Shown here piece by piece: positions 26,899-39,000 of a stretch of 64,000 nt of DNA (positions are counted from its first letter, which is position 1; each line of letters starts with the position of its first letter). The position numbers and the translations under genes were made by a program. Source of the stretch: Acanthaster planci (taxonomy: Eukaryota). The stretch lies in the NCBI RefSeq assembly GCF_001949145.1, contig NW_019091355.1, positions 2,255,107-2,319,106 of the forward strand. The letters run 5' to 3'. The notes beneath the pieces were generated by a model. That model did no database searches and was not told where the DNA came from. It was given only the letters and a program-made list of their open reading frames with translations.

Positions 26899-29070
26899 GC
26901 ATTTTGTTCAGATGTTCTCCAGCCACTTTTAGACACAACCATGACTTTTTTGTAGTGGCAAAGTATTCACTAATACAACATAATGTAAAATATAAACTTG
27001 GCATCACAAAACGTTGGACTGTCACTTAAAATACATGATCTACATAGCCTGTTTCAGGAAGTTACGGCTATGGCTACATTTAGATGTAAAACGTGCATGC
27101 ATGGAACACATTAGCCTAAATAGCGTCTACACCCATATCCCTTGGACACTTAAGTTTGTGTTTAAGCCAAAAGTTGAGGCACAATCATACATGTATGCAC
27201 ATGCATCTGTGCAAATGTATTCTCTAAATTCACGGGTGGAAACTCACTCCTTTTGATTGAAGCTAGGGACAAGACAAATGCAAGTGAAATTCAACCAAGT
27301 GAACAGAAATTGAGATATCTCATTCCCACTGGAAGAGTGTTTTTTCTGTACTATTTCAATCAACATTCAGAGTGGTTTTTCACTCTGAAATGGTCAGTCT
27401 GTATTTTCACTCTTTCGGATTTAGAGCGTGCAAACCTTTGAACGGCAACCCCTCCCCCTTGTCAAATGATTTGTAATCCCACCCCTCCCTCAAGCCCTGG
27501 GTTTTATTTTTTTATTTTCCCACGGCTAGGGAACTTATCATGCAAGCTACGTATGTGTTAGTTTTGCACTTCTTTTCATACCGGACATCTGGGGTTGGTT
27601 ATTAAAATGGCATTAGGTCTCCACAATTCGAGGCTTTATTTTCATGTGGGGAATTCGAAACTCAACACAAATTAAAAATATAAACTTCATATTTTGTTCT
27701 CAATTTTTTCATGCTGTTTAGAAATAAATCTTTAATTAGCATTTAAATCCAGTTGACAAAATATACAAATAGTACAGAATGAAGTTACATGCTTGATAAT
27801 TGCACATGTATAGAAATACAAGCTCATATCAAAAATAAGTCTAATGTGCAGTTCAAAGGATTTATGCAATAATTTTGTGAAAAAGGCCAAAATTGTCTTC
27901 GTAATATATCACATGCCCCGTTTGACACTCACACGAAGGGGTCTGCACATGCTCTGTTTGACACGCACCAAAGGCGTCTTGCTTTCCACCATATTTTATA
28001 CTTTTCTTAAATTTTGAAAACAAAGTTATTCAAAGACCTCATTCCATATCATAAGCACAGCACACTGCAGTTGCAACAGGTATCAAAATATTGCAGAAGA
28101 AAAAAAAAGTTAAGTTAAAATTTGCAACCGTAGAAAATCAGAATTTCAATAACCAATCAAATGCCACCGATCACTGCATAGCACACCATGCATTTACAAC
28201 ATCGTTGTCGAACTTCTGCTTATAAAAGGAACTGCACATTCAATTTTTTTCACACCATCTGCAAAGGCTACATGCAATTACATTGTAAATTCAACTTTCA
28301 TTGAGTATATAAGTTTATAAAGAAATATCTGAAATCTCTGCATAGTTCATTGCATTACATGTGTAAAACTAAAAGTGAATGTGGTTACTCAAATGATTTA
28401 TGCAAAGTTTATGCATGCATTAATGTGCCAAAGTACTGCATAGAAACTTCAAATATGTACACTTATTTTACCAATACTGAAAAATTAAGGTATGGATGGA
28501 TTCTGTATTAACATTCTACAGACCAAACCTACATATTAACACAAAAATAAAACACATTTTAGTGACAACTTATCAGAAAAATGTTTGCACCTATGTCGTC
28601 TAAACTTTGCTTCAGTATTTACTCGTTGAGGAAAGCTCACATAACAAAAACCGCCACGTTTCCTGTTCAGTCTTTCACATGAAGCCTCTCTTCCAAATGC
28701 AGACAGCTGTGTGTATGTACTCAATGACCTTGTTTTCTCTGCAATTCAGTTTCAATTGAATCTGGATAATATCTTCCCTCACAGTTCTGAATGTTCTGTA
28801 GTCACTGAACTCATGTCTTAAGTGGCGAAGCAATACACTTTGGTCAGTGTTATAACGACGTGGGTGGGTATTGTCAAGTAAATCAGTCCAAATCACGAGC
28901 TCTGATGTTTCTTTCTTACTATTCACTCCCGTTTGTTGCTAGGTCAATGAGAGCTCTTCAAAATTAAAGACTTTACTGTTAGTTTGCTTCCGGCCTTTAA
29001 ATTTATACTTTACAAAATACACACTGACTAAAATCAAATTAAGGGTTTCCTTTCACAGCCTTGAGGTTCA

Positions 29071-31851
29071 TCAGTAATCTGGATTACTGGGTGAAGATCT
29101 AGAAGAAAGGAAATTGGTGTACAAAAATAACTACAATGAAAAGTCTTCGCAGCAGTGAAAAGCAGAAAAATGCAAACTGTGAGTGTTTCATAGACAAAAC
29201 CTATGTCATTTTAAAGCACAAACATTTCTTGTTGGGGTTATAGAGTGCTCTACGCTTTTCTGTGCTCTGCCACTGGTAAATTAAGTGTAAAAACTGCGTA
29301 CTCTACATTCTATGAATGTTCACTTGACACTTAAGGTTGAAGGAGGGAGTTGTACATTAAATGCAGGGTGTTCTGAATATTATATTTAAAAAAACTGGAG
29401 TTGTTGGCAGTATTTAGTCAGGTTACTCACCTGTGAGAAGCATTGCTGTAGTCAGTGACTTGTGTGGCAGAGGGTGCTACCCCAAACCTCTTCCGACTGG
29501 AGCGAGAGTTTGTAGAGACACCACTCCCTCTCCTGCTAGATGCATGCTGGGATTGTGATCCCGTCTGCCTGTCGGAGGACGAGTAACCGCTGCGTAGGCT
29601 GTGCATGCTGGACGGGCTCTCGTAACCAGAGTTGCTCAGACTGTGTGGTTTGCTGTGACTTCTAACAACGGACTGGTCGCTCCCCGAGATGACAGAATGA
29701 TGGGCGCTCACAGGCCGACTGCTGCCATCGGAGATACTGGGAAAACTCCCATGATGCTCGGGCTGGTAGGAAGCCACTGTGTGAGGGCGGCGTACATGAT
29801 GGTGTTGGTGCGGGACATAGGGGTTGGCAGTGTGGGTCCGGTAATAGTTGGTATGGGGGAACATTTTTGGGTAATCTGGGTGGTTGGGTGCTGGGTACCT
29901 GTTTAGGGCAAGAGGAAAAGGCAACAAAAGAAAATAAGTACCACAATACTAAAAATTAATTTTTTGTGCAATTTTTGAGCAACCACTGACTTTTGAAGTT
30001 GGAAAATGCCAAAAAAAGCAGAAAATAATGAGAAAGTCCCTGCTCGTGCATTGTTGTTTCTTGGTTTAAAAGTAAAAGGAGATCACCTTTCACACTCTCC
30101 ATCTACAACTTGTAAATGCTCATGACAACTGCATATATATATTTCTGGATTACTGTTCATTTGAAATTTGTACCAGGAAATGACAATGCTTTGTATCTGC
30201 CGTACCTAAATTGCTTCTAAAGTCTACATTACAAAAATGCCAAAATGAGGAAGAAACCTCTTCTTCTCAATTTCCTGTTTACTTGCTGCTGGAAGTGGAA
30301 AGCAATGACAGTCCACGATACCATGGATCATGTTCATTTGTATAATTGTCTTAACAGGACAGACTGTATATCAGCTTAAGGAAGGATATTGCCCGGACTG
30401 ACAAATAGTGCTCTATTGCTTATAAAGTGAACCTAGGCAAAAACACCGTTTGGCTAGCGTACCATGGTTCTTGAAATCTGTGGGTGTATTTGTCTTCTTG
30501 TGCTCTCCTGAAGTCTCCCATCTGTCAATAGATAGAACGTGCGATAAAAAAATACAATGAGTTGTGACTGTGGTGTAGTGTGGGTGGTTAAATACATGTA
30601 TAGCTCTAAGACTGGCTCAGGTCCAAAACTTGTGTCCTGAGCAGGCTTCAATTTCTCCCTAGAGTTAAAAAGAAATCAAGTTCCTTCCAAAAAGATTCCA
30701 CATTTCCAACTGCTTTTCACTGTTTTCCTGACAAGATATGCTAAAACCTGATAAACTTCCTAAACATTTGGTCCAAAAATAGTAAGGCCAATATTTAAAA
30801 ATGTGAGATTTGGGTCTATTATCTGATTAATATGAATTACACTGGATCTGACTTTTGAATAAAGTTTGTTACCATATACACATTTTGATGACAATTCTTA
30901 AGTTACTACTAGCTTGTTGGCATGGAGAAATCAAAATTCTCTAAGATTTTGTTACCGTGATCTGCTTTCCACTGGTAATGTTCTTCCAGTCCACGAAAGG
31001 TGGGATGAGCCAACCCACCTCACCCGCCCACTTGCCCCTTGAGACTGGGTGGGGGGAGCCCGGTGCACCCCTCCAGATGTACCTCAGGTCGCTGGTGCCC
31101 TCCCTGGACATAGTGCCAATCCCCACCATGTGGTAATCCGTGACCACATGTGCCTTGTAGTCTCGCACACCCCCTGGACCTAATATGGTGAAATTCATAA
31201 AAATGTTCACGTTTTACTGAATGGTGATGCTTTAGCGAAATGAAGTGATTTCCTAATTTAAATATTGAATTCCTGTCTTAAATATCATTAAAATTCAAGC
31301 CTATTTTTTCAGCCTTCGCATTTTTCATGTAAATATTACAAATGAAGCATTGCTGAACTATACAATTTTGCAAAGTCAATGCAACAAAAGATACAAAGTG
31401 ATTATATATGATTAATACTGGATTGTCAACAAAATTGGCATCACAAAAGGAAATTAAATTTTTTACAAAGGAAATATTTGTCTTCCTGTGTTTAAACAAA
31501 TATATTCTAAAACAGCTCTCTGATTTCTTAAGTATCTCTGATACAATTGCATTCAAAATGTGCACTTGTCAAAGTGTAATAGGCAAGTATTTCAAATTTA
31601 AAAAAAAAATGAACAACTTTGAGCATTTATTTTCATTCTCGAGAAGTAATAAAACCGAGGAATTATTGTTATCGTCCAAGTCATAATCAATTACCTTATT
31701 TCCTTGTATACTAACCTGTGAAAAGCATCTGCCCTTTCCCCATGTTGTGAGTGCCTTTCTGAGTCAACCAAGTAGCATCTGATCGCACTGAACTCCCGCC
31801 GTGTGATACGGACGAACTACGACGGGAGTCTGTCACTGACTCCGCTGGCAT
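29071..31851 (-). CDS. C4orf45/SPMIP2-like (DUF4562) protein with Ser/His-rich tail, about 304 aa
   Basis: Exons 31851-31716, 31179-30956, 30521-30463, 29898-29431, 29098-29071, in phase. GKGQMLFTGPGGVRDY, SDLRYIWR, GEVGW and THRFQEPWYP match motifs I recall from vertebrate C4orf45 (GKQMIFTGPDYIKDY, GDLRYLWR, SEIGW, THRYQNPW). Confidence 0.85.
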
Positions 31852-32354
31852 GACCTTGCTGGACCCGGACAGTTCGCGAAGAGCTTACACTATGATCTCG
31901 CCGGTTTGGCTACGAGTTGCCCGACTGTCACTGGCTTTCGTGGGTTAACGTACAAGTACAGTGAAGAATGTGCACATACACTGAAGAGAAAGCAGTTAAA
32001 ATCACTCTCTCTTCGATGAAATGTTTATTGTGGAAGTTTCTCTAAATTGGAACAGTTCGACTCGGTCTCAAGCCGTCTTGCCATCTTTAAAAAATTTGGA
32101 TATGATTATTTATGACTGCACAGCTCACAGCCGCCTTACATCTGCGGTATCTCTCCATGGTCTCACGCATTGTATTTCCTTATTTTGAGGACCTAGTGAC
32201 AGACAAATCGACCAGTCAGCTCTTTTGTTTGCTATTGTACTTTTCCTCTGGAGCTATCAGGGCTGTAATACAATAAGCCCACGTGAGGTTCGGTACATGC
32301 TAAGTTGGCTCAGCGGATTGGCTTGCCTGATGACACCGGGACGCCACGGCATAC

Positions 32355-32367
32355 GTTGCTAGGCGAT
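32355..32367. promoter_or_regulatory. RFX X-box-like site upstream of the C4orf45-like gene
   Basis: GTTGCTAGGCGAT, close to the X-box GTTGCYARGCAAC, about 0.5 kb upstream of the ATG in a CpG-rich region. Confidence 0.5.
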
Positions 32368-35260
32368 TGACCCGTCAGTCGCACCGTATGGGAGCATTAA
32401 TCAACGGTGTAATTGAACTGCTCATGCGCAGTAGTTTTCAATGTCTTTCATAAATAGCTAGAGGGCGCGCTGAATAACATCTGTGAACAGAAAATTGTTC
32501 TTACATGTATGAATTTGATGGAAAATTTCGTTGGAGAGTCTTGTAGGAATGAAAACATACCTCTGTTAGTCTATAATTCATTCTACTAATGATGCCAATT
32601 TTACTGATTTCAACAGCATTCCCAGATTACATTATGTAATAATGTGCCTTTGGCCTAGGTTTAAAAATTTCGCCACACTTTACTTTAATTAAGTGAGCGC
32701 GTACAAACTTCTTGTTAATTACGCGTGGGAATGATTTAACATTACAATCCCAAACGTTCGTCAGTCCACAGGTCTTTGGTTACAAAGATCAGAGAATTTT
32801 CCAGTAAAATTAAACGAAGCAACAGAAAGTGAAAGATGAAAAGACCCTTCACGTTTATTTGTATCGCGCATCGTCAGTACTTTAAAGATGGACGTCCGAA
32901 TACTATTTCCTCTATCAAATCTGAATTCCATTTACACCTTACGTATAACCAAGGGCTGATTCTCCAGTCCACCAGAGGGAAATACAGAAGTACAGCAAAG
33001 TAATATTGTACTTCGTAAGACCAAGGTATAACAGGCATGCGATCAATTTTATACTAAATGCACCAGCCACATTAAATTCAAAGCGAGGCTGGCTCTTTAT
33101 TTCTGAAATTTGAGAGTCGAAATTACAGCAATAAAATTTCACAAGTTGTCTAATTTCAAGAATAATTAAGGATTTGTTTTTAGACAACTCTGTTTTCACC
33201 GAAAATTAAAAATGAGACTTGGAACGCGTGCAAATCAGAATGATCTGGCACCGTCCGAACACTTCTTTAGTTTATGACGGAATTTAAAGAACGTATGCGA
33301 AAATACCTCGAAATAGCTTCCTTGTGAATAACATCTGTAAAGAATCTACAAAAAGTGTTACTTGTATAAAGCCGATGAGACCCAATCATTAACCAGTAAT
33401 TTCTTTATCCGACCTCATCTATTATGACTTGTTTCTTAACACCCTGTTTCGTAGTTCACAGTACCAGTGTTCTCAGCCTTTAACGTTGATCCAGGTGTAT
33501 GATTGAACTATTTACAGAATAGCCACTTGTAATAGCGTTCTACAGCGATAAACACATTCGTTACCAGTCCAAGACGAATACCAATTAAACGCCAATAGCT
33601 AGTCCCATTGTTGCAACACACAAGAGATTGCTATTTCTTAAGTTTGTCTATTAGGTGTGCCTATTTTATAAATATAATTTAAATAACTTTGTTTTTTTAC
33701 ATATAAAACAACCTACACCGAAGCCTTGAGAGCTCGGCAAAAGCAATGTGAAACTTCCACAGAAAGTGAAAGAGAGCCGACATTAGCTCCTATGTACCTA
33801 CTACACTTTATCATTATCGTCGCGCGTGAGTTATCACATCCACAATAGTGCATCAAATAATTTACAGTAAAAAGTAATATTCTGTGATGATCTTTCAACT
33901 GCAGGTAATGTCGATCATTTATATCGACACTACGTAAAACCCTCTCGATGTTATTTCTGCATGTAGGCCTATAAGCTTGGATTTCAGACACATGCTCCTC
34001 TATGTCAAAGCTATTTCTCATCATTAAACCACACTTGTGACGTCACCCTGTTCAGTAAAGTGTCAATTATTCTTAAGAACGTACAGTTAACTGTAGAAAG
34101 TACAGTTTTTAAGAATGTAGAGTGTAGACATTCTTCAGAAGCGACTTGATACACAAAGAAAAACAATTGTAACATTAAATTACAAGGTCAAACACCGTAA
34201 GAAATGCTCTCAACAATAAAGCATATTGTTTTAGACGTTCAATATGGTTAATATTCAAATTTTTAGATTTGACAAGGTAACATTTTCTGTTGAGATTAGC
34301 GATTTTCAATTAAAGCGAACCGCTCCTTACGTTGCACTATATAATGTTTTTATAATGTGTCTCCTTTATTTTTACATACCTTTTGAATTTATTTCCATTT
34401 TTACAAATCCATTTTAGTTTATTTCATCTTTTTTTTTCATTTTATTTAGATATTTACGAATTTTTTTTAATTATTTTTAACCTTTTTCTTTGTGTAGTTA
34501 TTTTGAAGTTTACATGTAGCCACTTTACTTTCGGTTAACCCTAACCATGTTGAACCCAACAAGGTTATTCGGGATTTCAATGGTCCCTAGGGTATTACCT
34601 CAGTTTTACCCCTTTCCCTGTTTAAAACAACTTTTAAAAACAACTTCAGCAATCACAATTCATGTAAAATTTTACAAAACAGATTAATCGTTTAGAAACT
34701 TACGTATGACGCTTCCCAGATGAAGGAGATGATATGCCAAACGCATGTATTTTCCAAACGGAAGAATATCCTTTGGTGACTGGGAGATTTCAAAGAGCAA
34801 GCGTGTACTTCCAAAGTTGTAAACGTAATCTTCATTTGAAGAGAGAGTAAAGTGTAGTTCTCAAATCAATCACTCGGGAAACTTGCTTGTTGGTGGTGTA
34901 AATTAAGGCCCCCAGCTCCGTACAGTCATATCGATAGCCTTTGCTAACTTAAATTTAGCGTATTTCTGCAACTAACATATAGATATAAATCCATATGGAC
35001 CGTGCCATACACTGATGGTGTCGACTGCATGTCTGTGTGTAACTTCGTGTAAAGCATGTACTGCGTCTGTGAATGAAAAATAGTTGTGCACCCAGCCGAG
35101 GAGTTACTCAACGGCTTAATTAGAACAGGAATGAAGCTTTTATGTACATGCAAATATCAAAGCCAGCCAACGCTTGACAAATGATGGATTCATCTCAAAG
35201 CATCAGTAAAGCCTTTTTGTTCTTTTGTACAATATGAACAAAAGTGGAGGGAGGGCCGTG

Positions 35261-35385
35261 GTTTAAGTCGGAGAAACAACTCAAAAGGTGGAGATTCTTT
35301 GATTCAAATGGCTTGGATGCTTTGCGTTCTCGCCCATTCGAATCAAAGAATCTCCACTTTTTCGTCGTTTCTCCTTAACTTAAAC
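35261..35385. repeat. Foldback palindrome
   Basis: gtttaag...ggtggagattctttgattcaaatgg pairs with ccattcgaatcaaagaatctccac...cttaaac. Confidence 0.75.
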
Positions 35386-36010
35386 TCAAATAATTTTGGA
35401 GAAAAAAACCGAACTGAGTAGTCTGAACTGGACCCGCCTGGATGGAGGAGAAAAGTATGCAAAACATGCATATTTTTTTTTACGAAATAACCACGAAGTT
35501 GACCTATTCTGCTGCTATTTTAGAGGAGGCTACTTCACTTTTGAAAATCCATGTTTCTTCTTGTACATTCTGATAACTTATATCATAAAAAACATGGCTT
35601 TGGCTTCCAAAGATTAAGTACTATATTTGTTCCGTTCAAGTAAGGGGCTGTCCACATGTGCGTATAAAACGTCGACTACTTAACCCCCGGGCGGTATTCG
35701 TGGCATTATATGGTTCCGATTTCTCTTCTCTTTTACGCAAATAATTCTATGTTTCTCTTTGACGTATTAGACTGGTCTCTTGTACTGAGAACATGTAAAT
35801 GGTAGGGGAAGGTACTGTATATTAACGATTGTTTATGTGAATGTGCATGATAATGTACGTGATCATGTAACAGATGCAAAATTAGAGTTCCGTTTATTTT
35901 CCGTTGCATTGCCTCGACCCCTGTCGCTGTAGGTATACACAAAGTCACGCCCGCCGTAAGTTTGGGTACTTCATGGACGGCCCCTAATATCTCTTGTGAC
36001 CGAAATCTTC

Positions 36011-39000
36011 TCACTCAGTTATCACCTGGATGGTCATGAAGTCGGCCGTTCCAACACGTCTACCTGCAGATCAATTATATCATGGTAGAAAAAAATGATA
36101 CGAGGCTTAAATTTTGCTGCAGGTTTTGTACCCAGATAAGTAGACAAGTCGCTTTTTTTTAATTAAGGTATTTTCACCCCCGTCAAGGGTATTTTAAAAT
36201 TTCCATGCAGGATACCCTGATACAAAATGGTTTTAGGCTTCATCCCCGGTATCAGATTCGCTCTTGGGCCTCCAATACTCAAAGCTAAAACGAAAATGCT
36301 TCCATTTGTCGATTGATAGTACACAGTGCAATGAACCTTTTGCAAAATATGAAGCTGAAAACAAATGTCCAAAGTCAGAAGGATTATAGATAGACACTGC
36401 TTTCGAATGTGCAAGATCTGTGAGAAAGCACGACATTAATTATTGTTCAACCTTTATACCTGATGCTGACACCTCACTCCAAGTAACAGGCTTCGTAGTG
36501 TTGCTGTACAAGATGGTGAACGGTTTTATCCAATCACAGGCAGGCTCCTGACCTGCAGCGAGGAGCCACCCTATGTCATCTGAGCACTTGGCAGAAGATT
36601 TGTTGATAAGAAATCTTCGTCCTGGCCTACAAAGAGGAAGGAAATCTGCAACATCGCACGACGAGAGACTTTGAACCAAAAGATATATAGCCCGCTTGCG
36701 GTTCAGCACATTGTCAAAGATATATTTGTCTCGATCCCACGAAATGAGCCTTATATTCAAAATTTAACTTATTTTGTTTTTCACCGAGTTATTATGCCAA
36801 TGTTTTGGATAGAGCATTGATAGAGTACGAGGTTGTAGAAAGCAGAGAGTACCGGTATAGTATGAATTGAATGCTTGCCAGATTGTTACCTACCACATCT
36901 GGTTGCCGCTTATAGTAAAGACGCTAGCGAGGCTACCCGGTGGATCGATTTTGAACCAAGGAGAAGAAAGTAGTCGGTGTTTGCTGAACCAGTCAGTGAT
37001 GTTAGATTTTTTCCCACTGAAGATTAACTGAGCTACTGGATTTTCTTCATCGACGCGGAAAAGGGAAAGCTTCACCTTGAAACCATTTTCAAAGGGATAT
37101 ATGTAACCACGGAGATAAAACGCATGTCGAGTGCCTGTAATAAATACGGGCGATGCACAATAGTTCGCCTCCAAGAGTTTGCAAAGCGTTGGCCAATCAC
37201 AATGCGCGAAATATGTCCACCCAATGCACGTTTGGAAAGGGTCGACAAATTTCGCGCGTTTCGGACTGTCCAACGCGTTGCAAACTCTTGGGGGCGCACT
37301 CTTGTTGAATCAGTATTTATCTGTGGGGCAATTTTTAAACTGTTAATGAAACGCAAGGGTTCTCCAGGAGTCCAAAGGAACCCTTGCTCACACACCTGAA
37401 GAAACTTACATAAAGAGAAAGAGACAATTGCAACCGAAAGAGTAGAAACAGCAACAAGAAGAAGAAGCAGACCGAACCACTGAACCTCTCTTTCAAAACT
37501 GAGCCCCAATAACGCCCCCCCCCGTCCGCCAGGTGGACCTTGATGCCTGGTGATTACAGTGACGGTACACTGCTTAAAACGTAACGGCATAAATAGGTGA
37601 ACCTACCAACTTTATTTGGCCGTTCCGACGGACCCAGGTCTCGTAAATGGAACTATTCCTGAAGATGCCTTCAGCGTCTACGGTTGAGTCCCAGTGAGGG
37701 TCCATCCACATTTCATAGAGGCTACGGTTTGACCCTCGTTTGCCCGCTACTCCCTTGAATACGAGCTGCCACTGTGGCGATGCTGTGAGATATCAAAAGA
37801 AGACCAGTATAACGCGTTATCACCCCATCTGTCCTACCTGATGAGTAAAAGATTACCAGAACTGTACTTCTGCATCGCTTCTTTAAACAAATCTTGTGCT
37901 TAAAACTTAGAACTGGGACTTTTGGACCTCTGAACCCTTTACAATGTCGGCACTTTAATGCCCCAAATCAAGAATTTCAGAAAGGTCACGGGTATAAAAT
38001 TACCCAGAAGGGGACATATTGACCGAGGTAAATGTGTCCTCACGGACACTAATACCGGGGTGCGATCCGGTAAAAGTGTCCGGGGGACCATTTTGCCGTC
38101 TACACTCCCACTTATTATCTGGCGACCGCCATTTAATTAAGTGGCGGCCGCCACTTAGGCCTATTGGTGTAAAAAATGTACACGCGGTGTTCAAAAAGAA
38201 GTTCCCATGCTATCCCTTGGCAATATCCATTTTTCTAACGAACTGACCGAATAACGTGGCTGCAGCTTTAAGTCGCACGCGATTCTGTGGGAAGCAGCTT
38301 CATATTCGATGAACTCATGAGTACTTAAAGACGAGTAATAAGTTGTGTAATAATTCAGACACGGCACGAGATAGTCAACTGGTGTACGTACGCTCTGAGG
38401 CGGAGCAGGTGGGAGTCGAGCAACAGTAAGCTTTGGTACGGTTATGTGGCCTCGGGGTATTGGGAATAAGACCTTGGTCGCTGCTTCCCTTTACGAAGTA
38501 GTAACACTCGCTTGGGTCGGCGCCGTAGTCCTCACCGCACGGTTTCACCTTGGCGTCTCTCCCTTATGCATCGTACAAACACCAGTCGTCATCTGCAAAG
38601 CCGGCATCGTAGGCAGCCTTGAGCTGGGCCAACGTGCAAAGATGCAGGCCATACTGCGAGCAGCCGTCCCGGGCAAGAGACAAATTCGCACTTGGGTACT
38701 TCTCTCGGGTTTTGATGAATGTCGAGAATCCTGATTAGAACGTTAAACAGATAAATACTCAGTGCTCATGTGCATGTTTGACTCATTCGATGCGCATTCC
38801 ACCTATACTAAGGAGCTGTATATGGATATTTTTGCGGTTGTGTCGTACCAAGAATCTCTTTGTGAGTTGGAAAGATTCCGAAAGGAATAGCCAGATTCTT
38901 CATTCCGGACATTATGCACTGCGCATGGTTAGGTACTTAAAGGTACAGTCCATCATTTGCAATTATGCAAATGATGCTCATTATGCAAATTATGTGCAAT

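Noticed and set aside
29072..29089. Hairpin cagtaatc-tg-gattactg at the C4orf45-like stop codon
   Set aside because: An 8-bp inverted repeat is expected by chance in 64 kb and has no supporting context.
37072..37590. 172-aa ORF with a hydrophobic segment
   Set aside because: It spans an intron and a MITE, and the flanking exons splice in phase without it.
38564..38566. Selenocysteine or programmed readthrough at the internal stop
   Set aside because: The codon is TAA, not TGA, and the following GGG is not a typical readthrough context.
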